A stretch of DNA of 64,000 nt from Eledone cirrhosa (lineage: Eukaryota): NCBI GenBank assembly GCA_964016885.1, contig OZ024740.1, forward strand, positions 383,594,001 through 383,658,000, written 5' to 3'. Both the position numbers and the translations under genes were made by a program. Positions 1 through 12,184 of this stretch are shown one piece after another (position 1 is the first letter of the stretch; each line of letters opens with the position of its first letter). A model generated the notes under the pieces. It saw only the letters and a list, made by a program, of their open reading frames with translations, had not been told where the DNA came from and ran no database searches.

Positions 1-230
1 GTGGGGGATATCCACGCTGGATGAAGGAGGAAGCCATGTCAAGGGAATGGGTTTCGAAATCGTCGTCCTGGCTACATAGTCGACGAAGACGGAGGAATTG
101 GGAATAGGGCATGGAGTGTTTGGTGTGGGTTGGAGGGGAGGAGGCGAAGTCGAGGTAAGTTTGGGAATCTGTTGGTTTAATGAAGATGGAATTAGAGAGG
201 GTGTCGTGAGAGTGATTAATAGATAGAGAG
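1..230 (-). mobile_element. Penelope-like (Neptune-type) RT thumb fragment, runs off the window edge
   Basis: Manual minus-strand translation KPTDSQTYLDFASSPPTHTKHSMPYSQFLRLRRLCSQDDDFETHSLDMASSFIQRGYP matches the PLE thumb pattern KPTD..YL...S.HP....SIPYSQFLR.RR.C...RGYP. Not in the ORF track. Confidence 0.8.
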
Positions 231-1140
231 ATGAGAGGCAAAATGGAAACATGACAATTTAATATTTCAACTGATAAATAATTTAAGCCAGTTAAATTCA
301 TCAGGAAATACAGTGTAGTAGAAATATGTGAAAGTCTGTTATGGATGTAAAAGTTCTCGAATTGACTGATCCCAGTTACTTTTAGTTTGACATTTGAGAC
401 TCCAAACAGAGATCATGATTTAGTAATAATATTCCGGAGAAAATAGGCTATATCTGTTTTATTGTTGTCAACAAATGCAATCAGTAAGACGGCTGTCATA
501 GTTCCTTACTACAGTCATTTGGTAATTCCTCATGGCCAGTCCGTAACTTAACTTGATTTCAAGAAAACAGTCATTTCCAACTGACAATTCTAACTAACGC
601 ATTTAAACGAATTTAAAGTTAGTTGTCTGAAAATGAGAATTTAATTTAATATCATGTGAGTTTAAGAAAATCCTATTCGGTTAAACTGTCGTTTATCACG
701 CACACTAATTTAATATTTCTATACCTAGATACATGAGATATACATGTCGCAATACTCACATATATTCACACAAACGCAAACACACATTTAAACAAACATT
801 ATGTGTGTGAGAGATATTCTATACAATGTATACTTAATCTTATTAGATATTTGGCTTATTTATTATATGTAGGACCCATTTTCTCTTTCTTAATTTCTAA
901 CACATTATTCTGTACTATTCTTCTGACTTATTGCGTTATCATTGAAAGCATATATGTTTCGTTCGATGCAGTTTTGATCTACACTAATTACAGCGCTGTT
1001 TATATCATTATAACTTGCTCGTGTTGCAAACAGATTCATACACTTCCTCTTTTCATCTCTTTCTCTTTCCACTCATTGTACACACTTACACTTTCATACA
1101 TGCATGCACAGCCATATACATTCATGCGTACATGTTAATG

Positions 1141-1150
1141 TGTATATATG

Positions 1151-1227
<77 letters not shown>

Positions 1228-1236
1228 AGATACATG

Positions 1237-1278
<42 letters not shown>

Positions 1279-1289
1279 CAGAAACACAA

Positions 1290-1322
<33 letters not shown>
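1141..1322. repeat. (TA)n / (CA)n microsatellite cluster (another at 1531-1670)
   Basis: Visible dinucleotide runs; the YIYI ORFs here are artefacts. Confidence 0.95.
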
Positions 1323-1603
1323 AACACAAATACATAAACCATACACGCACACATATCTGACATTCTAGCAAAATAGACGTCATCACATGCATAATCTGAT
1401 CAAGATATCAAGGACCTCAAGTATGGAGTTTATAGGTATTGATTGTAACATATTAGAAGATACATTATGAGGATCTCCGATTCGATAGCCACACACACAT
1501 GTGTATATTTACACATCCGTGTATATTTATTTATATATATATATATATCTATATCTATATATACATATACATATATACATATATATGTATATATATATTT
1601 ATA

Positions 1604-1680
<77 letters not shown>

Positions 1681-2229
1681 TACACGGGTGTGTATGATTG
1701 TGTATAGAAGATTATATTAATAAAACGAATTCCAACTTTGTCTGATTTACTCGTTTCATTTACAATCCTTTAAAATTATAATTATATTATAATGAAAAGT
1801 ATGGTAGAATATTAAATGTTAAATGTTCAAGTACTTTCAAGTAATTTCATGCATTCGCAATCTTCAGATTCATATTCAGTGGTGACAGTCAAGTTTGCAA
1901 TTTTCAACTGTAATGAGATGGCTAAAATCTGTGCCTTATATACAGTTAAAAGGGGGTACAGAATGCTTTTTGAAAACTGTATTTCGACCAATCGGGGTGT
2001 GGTTTCACTATATTACTAAAGCTGATTGGTTTAGACGTCACTGTTGGTTGAGCATGTCTAACGACTCGCTATTTTTAGAAATGATGAAAATAGCATTTTC
2101 TAGGGTTTTTATAAAAAATCTTCAATAATCATCAACATTAACATCACTTTTATTATTATTATTGTTGTTGTTGTTGTTAGTGGTGGTAGTCGACATGGTC
2201 GTAGGCGTAGTCATAGTAGAAGTAATACC

Positions 2230-4990
2230 CCTAAGCATTATTATTGTTCTTCTAGCTTGGGTTGGAATTTATCAATAAAATTATTTTCTTTAATTTTTCT
2301 CTTGATTTCACTTGGGCTGTGTAGTTGTAGAATGGAAATATTATAAATATTATCTGACTGCATGTTGCTAGATGGTTATTCGGGGGGTATCTGACGGACA
2401 TTTGGGTCTCTGATTTGCTGTCACTGCACCCGTGCACGTTCCGATAGTGCATTTCCAGTTTGAGCGACATATAGTTCTTACAATTCGGGCATTTAATGCA
2501 GTAAATTAGATTTCTACTTTTGCAGTTCATATTTGCATTTGGGAATATTTTTCCAGTTTTTTGTGTTCATATATTGACCAGTATGTATGAACTGACGTGT
2601 GCCACATCGACTATCATTGCATTTAGATACAGTGAATAATTGGTCTTTGTTGTTAAGGTCACACTTTGCCTTTGTAAGTAATTGCTTCAAATTTTTCGGC
2701 TGTCTTTCACTAAAAATCAAAGCTCGGTCTGTGATTAAACCATTTGATTCATTACTTTGAGCAATGATCAGTAGGTTTGCTTTGGCAGTCTTGAAGATAT
2801 GCTGGTGACATGGGTTGTGTGTCATTATAAATGGTATGACCAGTTCTTGGTTTCTTCTTCCTTGGCTTGTCCTAAGTTGTTGTATAGGTATTTTTATAGC
2901 CAACTGTATGCCATTTTCTATAAGTAGAGATGGGTATTTTTTGTTTGAGGAAAAATTCTCTCAGTTCTGTTAGGCTTTTCTTTCTGGTATTCGTATCTTC
3001 TACAATGGTAAAAATTTTTCTGGCTAGGCAGTATGGGATGTTGCGTTTTGTATGAGGTGGATGGCACGACTTAAAATTCAGATATTGATGGGTGTCTGTG
3101 TGTTTATAATATATATCCGTGGTAATGGTGGTGTCGTTTTTGATTACCATTATATCTAGGAATGGTAATATGGTGCTACATATCTCTATTGTAAATTGGA
3201 GAGATGGGTGTAGGTTATTCAGGAGGATATTGAACTCATCCAGAGTATCTATAGATTCTGTCCAGATGATGAAACAGTCGTCCAGGTATCAGGACTTTTC
3301 GATGTACTTTTTAAATTCAGTGCTATATTTTTCCTCTATTTTGTTGGTAGAGTTGTTGTTCTAAGTATCCCATTACAGAGTTCGCGTAAACGGGAGCAAA
3401 CTTTGTTCCCATCACTGTGCTTCTAATTTGGATGTAATTATTTCCATTGAAGAAGAATGTGTTGTTTTCCAGAATAATATAAATGGTACTGTGAATCTGT
3501 TGGGAATCACTTCTCTATGTCCTTCCACCCAGCATTTAACCGCCTTTATTCATAAATCATGTGTAATGTTGGTGTAAAGGCTTACCACATCACAACTAAG
3601 TAGAAGTGAATTCGTTTCCGTGGTTTTGGGAAGATGCGACAGGAAGTCGATATCATCCCGGATGACACTAGGTATGTGAATACATAGTGGTTTCAAAATA
3701 ATGTCAACAAAATTGTTTAGAAGGTGGGTGGGGGATGTTGGACCAGCTATAATAGGGCTATGTTTTAAGTCTTTTGGGTGTAGTAATTTAATGTACTCAC
3801 CTGTTCTTTTACTGCCAGTTGGATTTCTTTTGACTTATGGATTTTCGGTAAGCCATAAAATTTGATGGGTTTTGGCTCAAAATTGGTGATGTAGTCACTT
3901 TCATTATCAGTAAGTGAGTTGTATATTTTGAAGCCAGGTTGTTGATCTTCTTTATGATGTTGTGGTCTATATTTGATGGTATTTCATGGTAGAATGTTGT
4001 GTCATTCAGTTGTTCCTCAACCAAATCTTTGTAGTATTCAGCATCCATTATAACAATTGCGCCCCCTTTATCTGATTGTTAATTATTATTGTTTTGTCAT
4101 TTTGTATACGTTTAGGTGCAGACATTTCCGATTTGCTAATGTTTGGCCTAACATTAGTATTACGTCTAAGAGGAAATTTAGACAGGATATCAATGTATTG
4201 GTCGAGATAGATATTTCTTCCTTTTGGCGGAGTGAAATTTGATTTATTCTTTACTAGTGATTCATCACTCTCATTACTTTATCAGCGAAGAATTCTACAA
4301 GTCGTAATTTACGACAGAATTCTTGGGTATCCTCCTTTAGTTCTTGGTGATTGACTGTTGGAGTCGGTGTGAATATCAGTCCTTTTGACAGAATTTGCAT
4401 TTCATCATTGTCAAGATCTCTTTTGTATAAATTAATTATTTTAGGATCTACATATTCAATTGTTTTGGGTATATTTCCTCCTGGGGTTTTTCTTTTTCCG
4501 GTTTTTGTTGTCCTGACGTTAAAAAATAGATTTTTCTCTGTTCAGGATTTATATTCCTGTTGGTGTTTGCTTGATGAACTTTTGGTCGTGATATTATACT
4601 TAGTTTCGCTATGTTTTTTCTCTCCTATCTTTGGTATTATGTATATTATTTTTCCATTTTTTGTTGGCATTATTTTTAACAATCTGGGAAAATGACCTAG
4701 GTTTGCTTTCAAGTTTAGATCATTTTTTGCGCAGTTTCTTGTGGGTAATCTCTGTTGAGATCTTGAAAATGATCTGGTTATTCTACGGTTTTTTCCCCGT
4801 TTCTTGTGGGTAGTCTCTGTTGAGATCTTGAGAATGATCTCCTGTTTTTTCTACTTCTCATGGTATGGTCAAAGGAATATCTATCGTGGTTGTGCTTTTT
4901 GTTCATGCTGCATGAGTTAGGGTGTTTTCGTAGAAAAAGCGAAGAGTTCTTAACGTAGTTCTTCTTTGATTCAAGGTGAGATGAGTGTTT
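2230..4990 (-). mobile_element. Degenerate Penelope-like element (Neptune-type): RT plus GIY-YIG endonuclease pseudogene
   Basis: Frameshifted ORF pieces: MDAEYYKDLVEEQLNDTTFY; RPIIAGPTSPTH; CDVVSLYTNI; MGTKFAPVYAN; YLDDCFIIW; LPFLD; DIYYKHTDTHQYLNFKSCHPPH; CKSRNLIYCIKCPNC. The 5' boundary is approximate. Confidence 0.88.
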
Positions 4991-5012
4991 CTGTTGCCAT
5001 GTGTTCTGGTTT

Positions 5013-5104
<92 letters not shown>

Positions 5105-5180
5105 TATATACATATACATACATATACATACGTATATATATATATATATATGTATATGTATGTATATGTATATATATATA

Positions 5181-5628
5181 AGCACCTCTTTAGAGTCAAT
5201 GGCCATCCCAAATCACCGGGAGAGCTGACCCGTTAGCCTTTGTCAAGGCAGAATTCTAGGAGAAGGAAAACTCTGATATAACACCTGCAACCCTGATGGT
5301 ATCCAATGATGTTGACTTGTTATTCTTTTTGGTAAATATCATCTTGGTTAATAGAGTGGGACTGGCTTTGTGCAGTGCCTTTGCTCACTATAAAAACTTC
5401 AAGGCACAGGCATTGCTTTATATCTGGAGATCTCTCTGCATTTGTCGTTACATGGTACCATGGGCCCAGCACAATGTGTCAATAATTGTCACAAGTGTAG
5501 TGTTTGTAACAGAGTTTTAAAGTCGCCGTCTGGACTAAAAAGTCACACTCGTTCAGCGCATCGGTAGGGGTTCTCCTACATGGATATAAAGTGGTGGCCG
5601 TACTCGAAAACAAGTTGGCAGCCACCAT
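5181..5628 (+). mobile_element. Non-autonomous RTE-related SINE-like element, 5'-truncated, between (TA)n runs
   Basis: Near-identical to the reverse complement of 18340-18780. Contains TCTAGGAGAAGGAAAACTCTGA, recalled as typical of RTE 5' UTRs. Ends GGCAGCCACCA followed by a TA-rich run. Confidence 0.65.
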
Positions 5629-5725
5629 GTATATATATATATATATGTGTGTATGTATGTATGTATGTATGTATGTATGTATGTATGTATGTATGTATGT
5701 ATGTATGTATGTATGTATGTATGTA

Positions 5726-5817
5726 TCTGGGAGAGATGACCCCTTAGACTTTGTCAAGGCAGAATTCTAGGAGAAAGAAAACTCTGCAAACCTGATGGTA
5801 TCCAGCGATGTTGACTT
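5726..5817 (+). mobile_element. Fragment of the same RTE-related SINE fused to a PLE
   Basis: Matches 5218-5318 with a deletion; ends at TGACTT, which is shared with the following PLE. Confidence 0.7.
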
Positions 5818-7095
5818 CCAAACATCTGATCCACCGAAACTCAGCTGTTTCGGACCATACCAAAATCAACATACTAATTGCGGATTTGGTACGGGTGATG
5901 AGAAACGTGTCCCGCATGTGCAACCCCGAAGAACTAGAGAGACACATACAACACTTCATCCACCGTATGCAGTTCTCTGGTTACAATCAGAGAGATAGAA
6001 TCAGTGTGTATAGAGGAGCCAGAACCAAATGAGAAAAAATGCTAAATAATGACACAAATGGGACCTGCCCCTTGTATAGGAGCAAATTTTGGAATATAAT
6101 AGAAAGAACTAGGAATAAGGCTAATAGAATAAACTCATGGTATGATAGCAATAAATACCAGAGTGTAATGTTCATCGATACAACCCCTAGAGGTGAATTT
6201 GCTTACATATTTAGAAGGGCCCTAGATAAACATAAACTCAATATCAAGATAGTAAAAGATAGTATAAGACCAGTTACCTCCGTAAAAACACTTATTAGCA
6301 AGACATACCCTTTTCAAAGAGCCCCTGTATAGATAAGAAATGTATAACCTGTAAAATAAGCCCCCATATTAACTGTAAAACTAGAAATGTAGTATATAGC
6401 ATAAGATGTACTGAAGCACAATGTAGAGACAACAATATAGTGTACATAGGTGAGACAGCTCGTAGTGTAGGGGAACGGATAAATGAACACTGGCGAGACC
6501 TTCAAGATAGTAAAGAATCATCTGTACTCTACCAACATGCTAAAATAGAACACAAGGGTAAATTAGAGAACATAGAAATAAAAATAGAATCTACACACAG
6601 AAAAGACGCAATGTTTAGACAAATCACAGAGGCAATAAACATAAAAGAATTACAACCAAAATTAAATAGAAAATATGAGTGGAACAGCAACATCACAACT
6701 TACAATTAAGGACAAAATGAAAACACACACGCACATAGAACAAACAACCAACCTGTAACATGTAAATAAACAAATAAATAAACGAATATAAACACACACA
6801 GACACCCGGATATGGCGCATGCGCAGACTGAGCACACAACACACACACAGAAACAAAATGGCGTAGGACAGATCAAAGGAGAGGCATAAAACAAAGAAAA
6901 TAATCCCCAGTCACTGAAGAGGTCTCAGAATGTGTGACGAAAGAACTTTGACAATATATAAACAACTATCTAGTTGTGGAACCAACCAACCAACCAGAAA
7001 TTTATAAATTCCTAAATTTATAAATTTATAATAAATTGAAGTGAAAGCAACTGGTGCGTGTGTTTCTTATTGGCAACATGACCCTCCCAATGTAT

Positions 7096-7100
<5 letters not shown>
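5812..7100 (+). mobile_element. 5'-truncated Naiad-like PLE (thumb, GIY-YIG, 3' pLTR) ending in (TA)n
   Basis: Highly similar to 39789-41168; YIGETARSVGERINEH motif; premature stops. Confidence 0.9.
6909..6952 (+). ncRNA. Minimal type I hammerhead ribozyme in Naiad-like pLTR
   Basis: GTCA-CTGAAGA-G-GTCtCA..TGTGAC-GAAA-GAAC-TT-TGAC; stem I GTCA/TGAC. Confidence 0.7.
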
Positions 7101-7169
<69 letters not shown>

Positions 7170-7398
7170 AGGAAGTTATTGTTCAGTCAGTTGAAGCATT
7201 GTGTAATGAGGTATAAACGTTTGCATATGTATAATAAAGCCGCTACTTCCCTCCGAAGAAGAGATGTTATCTTGAAAATTAAGGACATTTAAATAAATCT
7301 AAGGTAAAAGACGAATTGTAAACAATATCTTTTGCATTTGCATTCTTTATTCTATGTCCATACCTGCATTGTTTTGGCTTTATTATACATATACAAAC

Positions 7399-7452
<54 letters not shown>

Positions 7453-7453
<1 letters not shown>

Positions 7454-8105
7454 GCGCTATCAATAAAACAGGGAAAAACCACCAGTGTATGGAATCTATA
7501 AACTATGAAAGGCAGAATATAGACACGATAATTAAAAATATAAATTAAAGCGTAAATAAATACTTCTATAATTATATAACACACGTAAAAATCCAAAGTG
7601 ATCTGTTTCGCCAGTAAGTTGTTCACAAAAATGAAATAACCCAGGTTCATCAGCGTGTGTAAGGCTATACATTTCAGACAACACTAAGAGAATTTTTAAT
7701 GCGACCGTACAATTACAACGTGGGAGAGAGAAGTCACAGCGTGTTTAAGGGCAGTGAACCAGTGGCCTCTGAGGGACGAGCTGCTAGAAAGGGCAGCCCC
7801 AAACCACTCAGAGAAGTGTGCTCACCCAAACAGAGAGAGATGAAAGACTGTTATAATGAGTGAAATATCACGATACATTAACGGAGCCATAGAATTCGCC
7901 GTTCCCTGTAAATAATGTGCTCAAAGGATGGAAATCCTGAGCACTTTAAAATACAATATGTTGAAAAGTTAACACACTAGAGAGAGATACAGTGCGCTAT
8001 CTTAAAAACAGGGAAAAACCACCAGTGTATGGAATCTATAACCCAAGAAAGGCAGAATGTAGACACGATAATTAAAAATATAAATTAAAGCGTAAATAAA
8101 TACGT
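7453..8105. mobile_element. PLE-like remnant with ~110-bp direct repeats (7453-7563, 7993-8103)
   Basis: TGCGCTATC...AAAACAGGGAAAAACCACCAGTGTATGG...GCGTAAATAAATAC occurs twice and encloses a hammerhead. Confidence 0.6.
7579..7660 (-). ncRNA. Type I hammerhead ribozyme, partly decayed
   Basis: Minus strand ACACACG-CTGATGA-[long imperfect stem II]-GAAA-CAGATC..GATTTT-TA-CGTGTGT; perfect 7-bp stem I. Confidence 0.65.
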
Positions 8106-8152
8106 AAATAATTAATATTGATGTAGTTTTTTATATCGATATTGCATGACCA

Positions 8153-8292
8153 TCTACTGATGAGTTATATGTGTGTATATCTATGGATTATATACAAGTG
8201 TGTATATATATGGATCATATACGAGTTTCTACATAACCTGGACATTATTTATCCCAACTTGTAGAAATCTTATAACGAAACGATCGTATGGA
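8153..8292 (+). ncRNA. Type I hammerhead ribozyme with extended stem II
   Basis: TCTA-CTGATGA-GTTATA..(~100 nt)..TATAAC-GAAA-CGATCG-TA-TGGA; stem III palindrome ACGATCGT. Confidence 0.75.
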
Positions 8293-8475
8293 AGGAAAGA
8301 GAGATTTATTTAATTATGTCTCTTATAAAATAATACAACCAGCTATCCACAGAATACTGTATAGTTAGCACCCCAAACACTAAATTGGGATTATACTTAG
8401 CTATATCCTAATGTTTGTTGAGTGAGATGGAGTTGGTCAGAGTATCGCTTAAAGCTTTCTCTGTTAATGTATTAA

Positions 8476-8526
<51 letters not shown>

Positions 8527-10848
8527 CCATTTACTGTGACATTTATTTTACAAGCCGGTCGTTTCATATCGACTACACTCAGGAAATCCAGAGCTTTCTC
8601 CTGTATTCACCATAACAAAATTGTGACAAATTTACACCAAAATTCAACACATATAATCCAACATATCCTTTTCATCTTTCAGAACATCTATTTAACTACC
8701 TTTTATGCAGGTTCCGGGTCAAAATTATTCAATTTTTAACCATTCAATTTATCAATACCAAAATCTATTAATTTCTAAATATTTTGTTGGTGATTCTTTC
8801 GTTAATGCTTATAAATATTTCTAGTAGCAACAATACCAAATATTCTTACACCTTTCTAAAACCCACACACATTTTCAATGAGAAAACCTATAGGCAGCTT
8901 TCTCCAAGTACAAAATGTACTGTCCTCTAAGCGATCATAAAACATCATAAAAAAAGCACCCCGATCCCCCGAAAATTACACCATATCATCTTAAGAAAAG
9001 GGTTAAAAATCTCGACACGAATTCATAGATAGATAAAAAGACACCATGGACATCCTTGAAAGAAGTGATTATTGGTCTGTCAAAGAAGTTTGATTGATAG
9101 CCAATAAACACAAATTATATATTCTTCTCTCGAAAAACATGTCATAACTCAGCTCTTAGTAAGTACACGCCTGAAACAGAAACTTAAAGAAACAGGGATT
9201 AATTAGGTGTAATTAAAATGTATAGAAGAATACCAAGAAAAAGAACTGACGTGATAATGTCTTCCTATCAAATAAAATCAACAGAAGCAACAAGAAGACG
9301 GCGATAAAGACAAGTACACGGAAAATGTTTCATTTTCTTTTTTCCTGTCGCAATTGGAAAATATGGAAAGAAACTGAAAGTTTTACATTGACTGTTTTAT
9401 GTAGAACAAAATCAGGGTGACATTGAGTAATACATACACTCCTAAACAACCAGCGTTCTGTAAGACCGCATACAGCAATCACTAAATATTTGAATGAAAA
9501 ACATGCATGATATATTTAAGCCAAACAACTAAGAAATTCTCTGAGTTTTTTTTTTTGGGGGGGGGGGGGGGGGGGGCTCATCTTTCTGGTAGTAATAGAA
9601 GCAAAATGACACTCAACTCACGTTCTACTGTTTTTGAAAGACATGGACATATTGGATAATCTAAATTCTCCTAAAAAAAATGAAGTTTGTTATGAATGTA
9701 TGGTGTTGTTTATATTAATGCACAATCAGATTTATATTCAATACATTGAATAGAAATAAAACATACGCCTTGTCATGCCACCGAAACGAAGAATGCGACT
9801 GTTACAGTCATGTCATTAGTATTCAACGCTAGTTTTGACGTAATTGTAAACATAAGCTTATTGACAAGACCCTGTGACAGTTACCCTCAAATTCGAAAAG
9901 AGACTAAGAAAATAAGGATTACGCAACCGATGGAGAACACTTGAACAGAAACTCCAACGATATATTAACATTTTCATGTTGGATTGACTGACAATCAATG
10001 CTTACCTGGGACTATACAGTTACATCAATAAAGATACGAATATAAGTTATTGAATATAACTACGTATCTTAAATATATAGTATCCGAATTATTTGTCACA
10101 TGATTTGCACTAAACCCTTCTGTTATGATTGAAGATAAAGCTCCTGTGGCTTACATCATTAGGAAATCGTGTTAAAGCAAAAGTAGTTAGCATTGATGCA
10201 TATTGTTTATTTATGAGACAACCCTTAGGAATTCAAACTAAATGCGAGAAATAGAATATAAATTTCCCTGTGCTAGTAGTAAAGAATATGACCATGAACT
10301 GTGTGTATTTCATCTCATACGGTTGTGGCTGTCAATATACAAACGTGACTATCCACACTGTAAGAGAAAGATAAAAGGGACAAAGTAAAACCATTGCTGG
10401 TTAATTGTGAAAGTAATTGGGTGAAACAAATTCAAAATACAAGGGATAAAAAACTGAAAGATAGACGAGTGAAGGAATTACAAAATATACTGGATAATGA
10501 TAATAACCTAAACAGTAGGGCAAGTTCATAGATGAACACCTTTTGGGCGTCTTTAATTAATAAATGAAACGTTGGAATTACAACAACCACCAAGATGATG
10601 ACAATATATAAAATCTCTAGTGTGTTTGTTTTCTTACATAATTTGAAACACCTCAATTATATTTTCAAATCACTAAATATATATGTGAGTCATTACTCAA
10701 TATATATGTGAGTCATATGTGAGTCATTATGCTAATTGAATGATACGCTTATAAGATACCATCATATTTCAAGCACGTTCACGAAGATAACAGATTTGTG
10801 GTAAAAACTTATCATACTTAAATATCGATATTTAAGCATGGCAAATTT

Positions 10849-11032
<184 letters not shown>

Positions 11033-11089
11033 AAAAGGCAAACAGGATTAACAAAGCAAACGACATAGCATATACATATATATATATGT

Positions 11090-11743
11090 AAAGAAAATTT
11101 CGCTCTAAATGGCTGAATACAATAAATGTAATCTGAGGTTTTCGAATATTAATAATAACATTCGATTCGTTTCCAATGTTGCAAACAAACCTCAATTTTA
11201 TAGCCATGTCAGTAGAATGAACACTTCATTCTTGCTCTTGTGTTGGCATGCGAACAGAACTGCAGACACTAATGTTTCTGAGTATCACCCTTCATCAGTA
11301 CAGCTCACTGTTCACATGCCAAACTCTCAGAGTTAGTGAAAATATATGCTATTTTCAAAAATACACAGTGATTGATTGGCCTGATTTGCATATTAGCAGA
11401 CTGACTGATCAGTCAGATCTGCATATTAGCAGATCCACTGATCAACCAAATTTGCATATCAGCAGACTGGCCAGAAAGTTTCCTGTATACGAACGATAAA
11501 TGGCCGGCTTTGCCAAATTCAAAGAAAAAGAAAATTTCGCTCTACATGTCTGAATACAAAAAATTTAATCTGAGTTTTTCGAATGATGAAGATTGATACC
11601 CAGAAACATTAGTGTCTGCAGTTCTGTTCGCATGCCAACACAAGAGCAAGAATGAAGTCTTCATTCTACTGACATGGTTATAAAATTGAGGCTTGTTTGC
11701 AAAATTGCAAACGAATCGAATGTTATTATTTATATTCGAAAAT
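11090..11743. mobile_element. PLE pLTR-like repeat: minus copy 11090-11520, duplicated tail 11527-11583, inverted copy 11584-11743
   Basis: Direct and inverted duplications visible; carries a hammerhead and abuts (TA)n. Confidence 0.7.
11257..11306 (-). ncRNA. Minimal type I hammerhead ribozyme (second copy 11584-11624 + is truncated at C3)
   Basis: GAGCTGTA-CTGATGA-A-GGGT-GAT-ACTC-A-GAAA-CATTAGTG-TC-TGCAGTTC; 8-bp stem I with G-U pairs; GUC triplet. Confidence 0.8.
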
Positions 11744-11744
11744 T

Positions 11745-11935
11745 GGCGGTGGATTGGCAGTATCGCTAGAGGGTCGGACGCCATGCTTTGACGCATAGAG
11801 TTACGGCCCTTGCCATTCTGAGTTCAAATCCCGCCGAGGTTAACTTTGGCTTTCATCCTTACGGGGTCGATAAAATAAAGTACCAGTAATACACTGGGTA
11901 ATTGCTGCCCTTGTGCCAAAAGTAGAAACAATTAT
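11745..11935 (+). mobile_element. tRNA-derived SINE (octopus-like family)
   Basis: Head GGCGGTGGATTGGCAG, B-box GAGTTCAAATCCC, body CTTTCATCCTTACGGGGTCGATAAAATAAAGTACCAGT; multiple copies in the window. Confidence 0.8.
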
Positions 11936-12007
11936 CTCCAAAACAAATTATAGAATCATTTTTCGTCGGCTATATAGCTCAATAACTTATGGGTACTTCT
12001 CGGGTTT

Positions 12008-12008
12008 C

Positions 12009-12068
<60 letters not shown>

Positions 12069-12184
12069 AGACACACACACACACACACACATATATACAC
12101 ACACACACATACACACATACATACATACATACATACATACATACATACATACATACATACATACATACATACATACATACATAC
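12008..12184. repeat. (CA)n then (TACA)n microsatellite; target of the R4 element
   Basis: Visible runs. Confidence 0.95.

Noticed and set aside
253-306. Minus-strand CTGATGA..AACTGG/TCAGTT-GAAA hammerhead-like core
   Set aside because: No stem I pairing and a 4-nt insertion after the core; at best a decayed copy.
1015-1392. Many [12 protein letters not shown] ORFs here and throughout the window
   Set aside because: These are translations of microsatellites.
8930-9400. LINE ORF1 (gag-like) remnant
   Set aside because: Only a vague resemblance, with no intact CCHC motif or ORF.
9546-9577. Poly-T/poly-G run as a G-quadruplex or terminator
   Set aside because: Simple homopolymer with no supporting context.
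11369-11470. CRISPR-like array
   Set aside because: Eukaryotic context, only three degenerate abutting units and no unique spacers.
11745-11835. tRNA gene
   Set aside because: B-box present but no cloverleaf; it continues into a multicopy SINE body.
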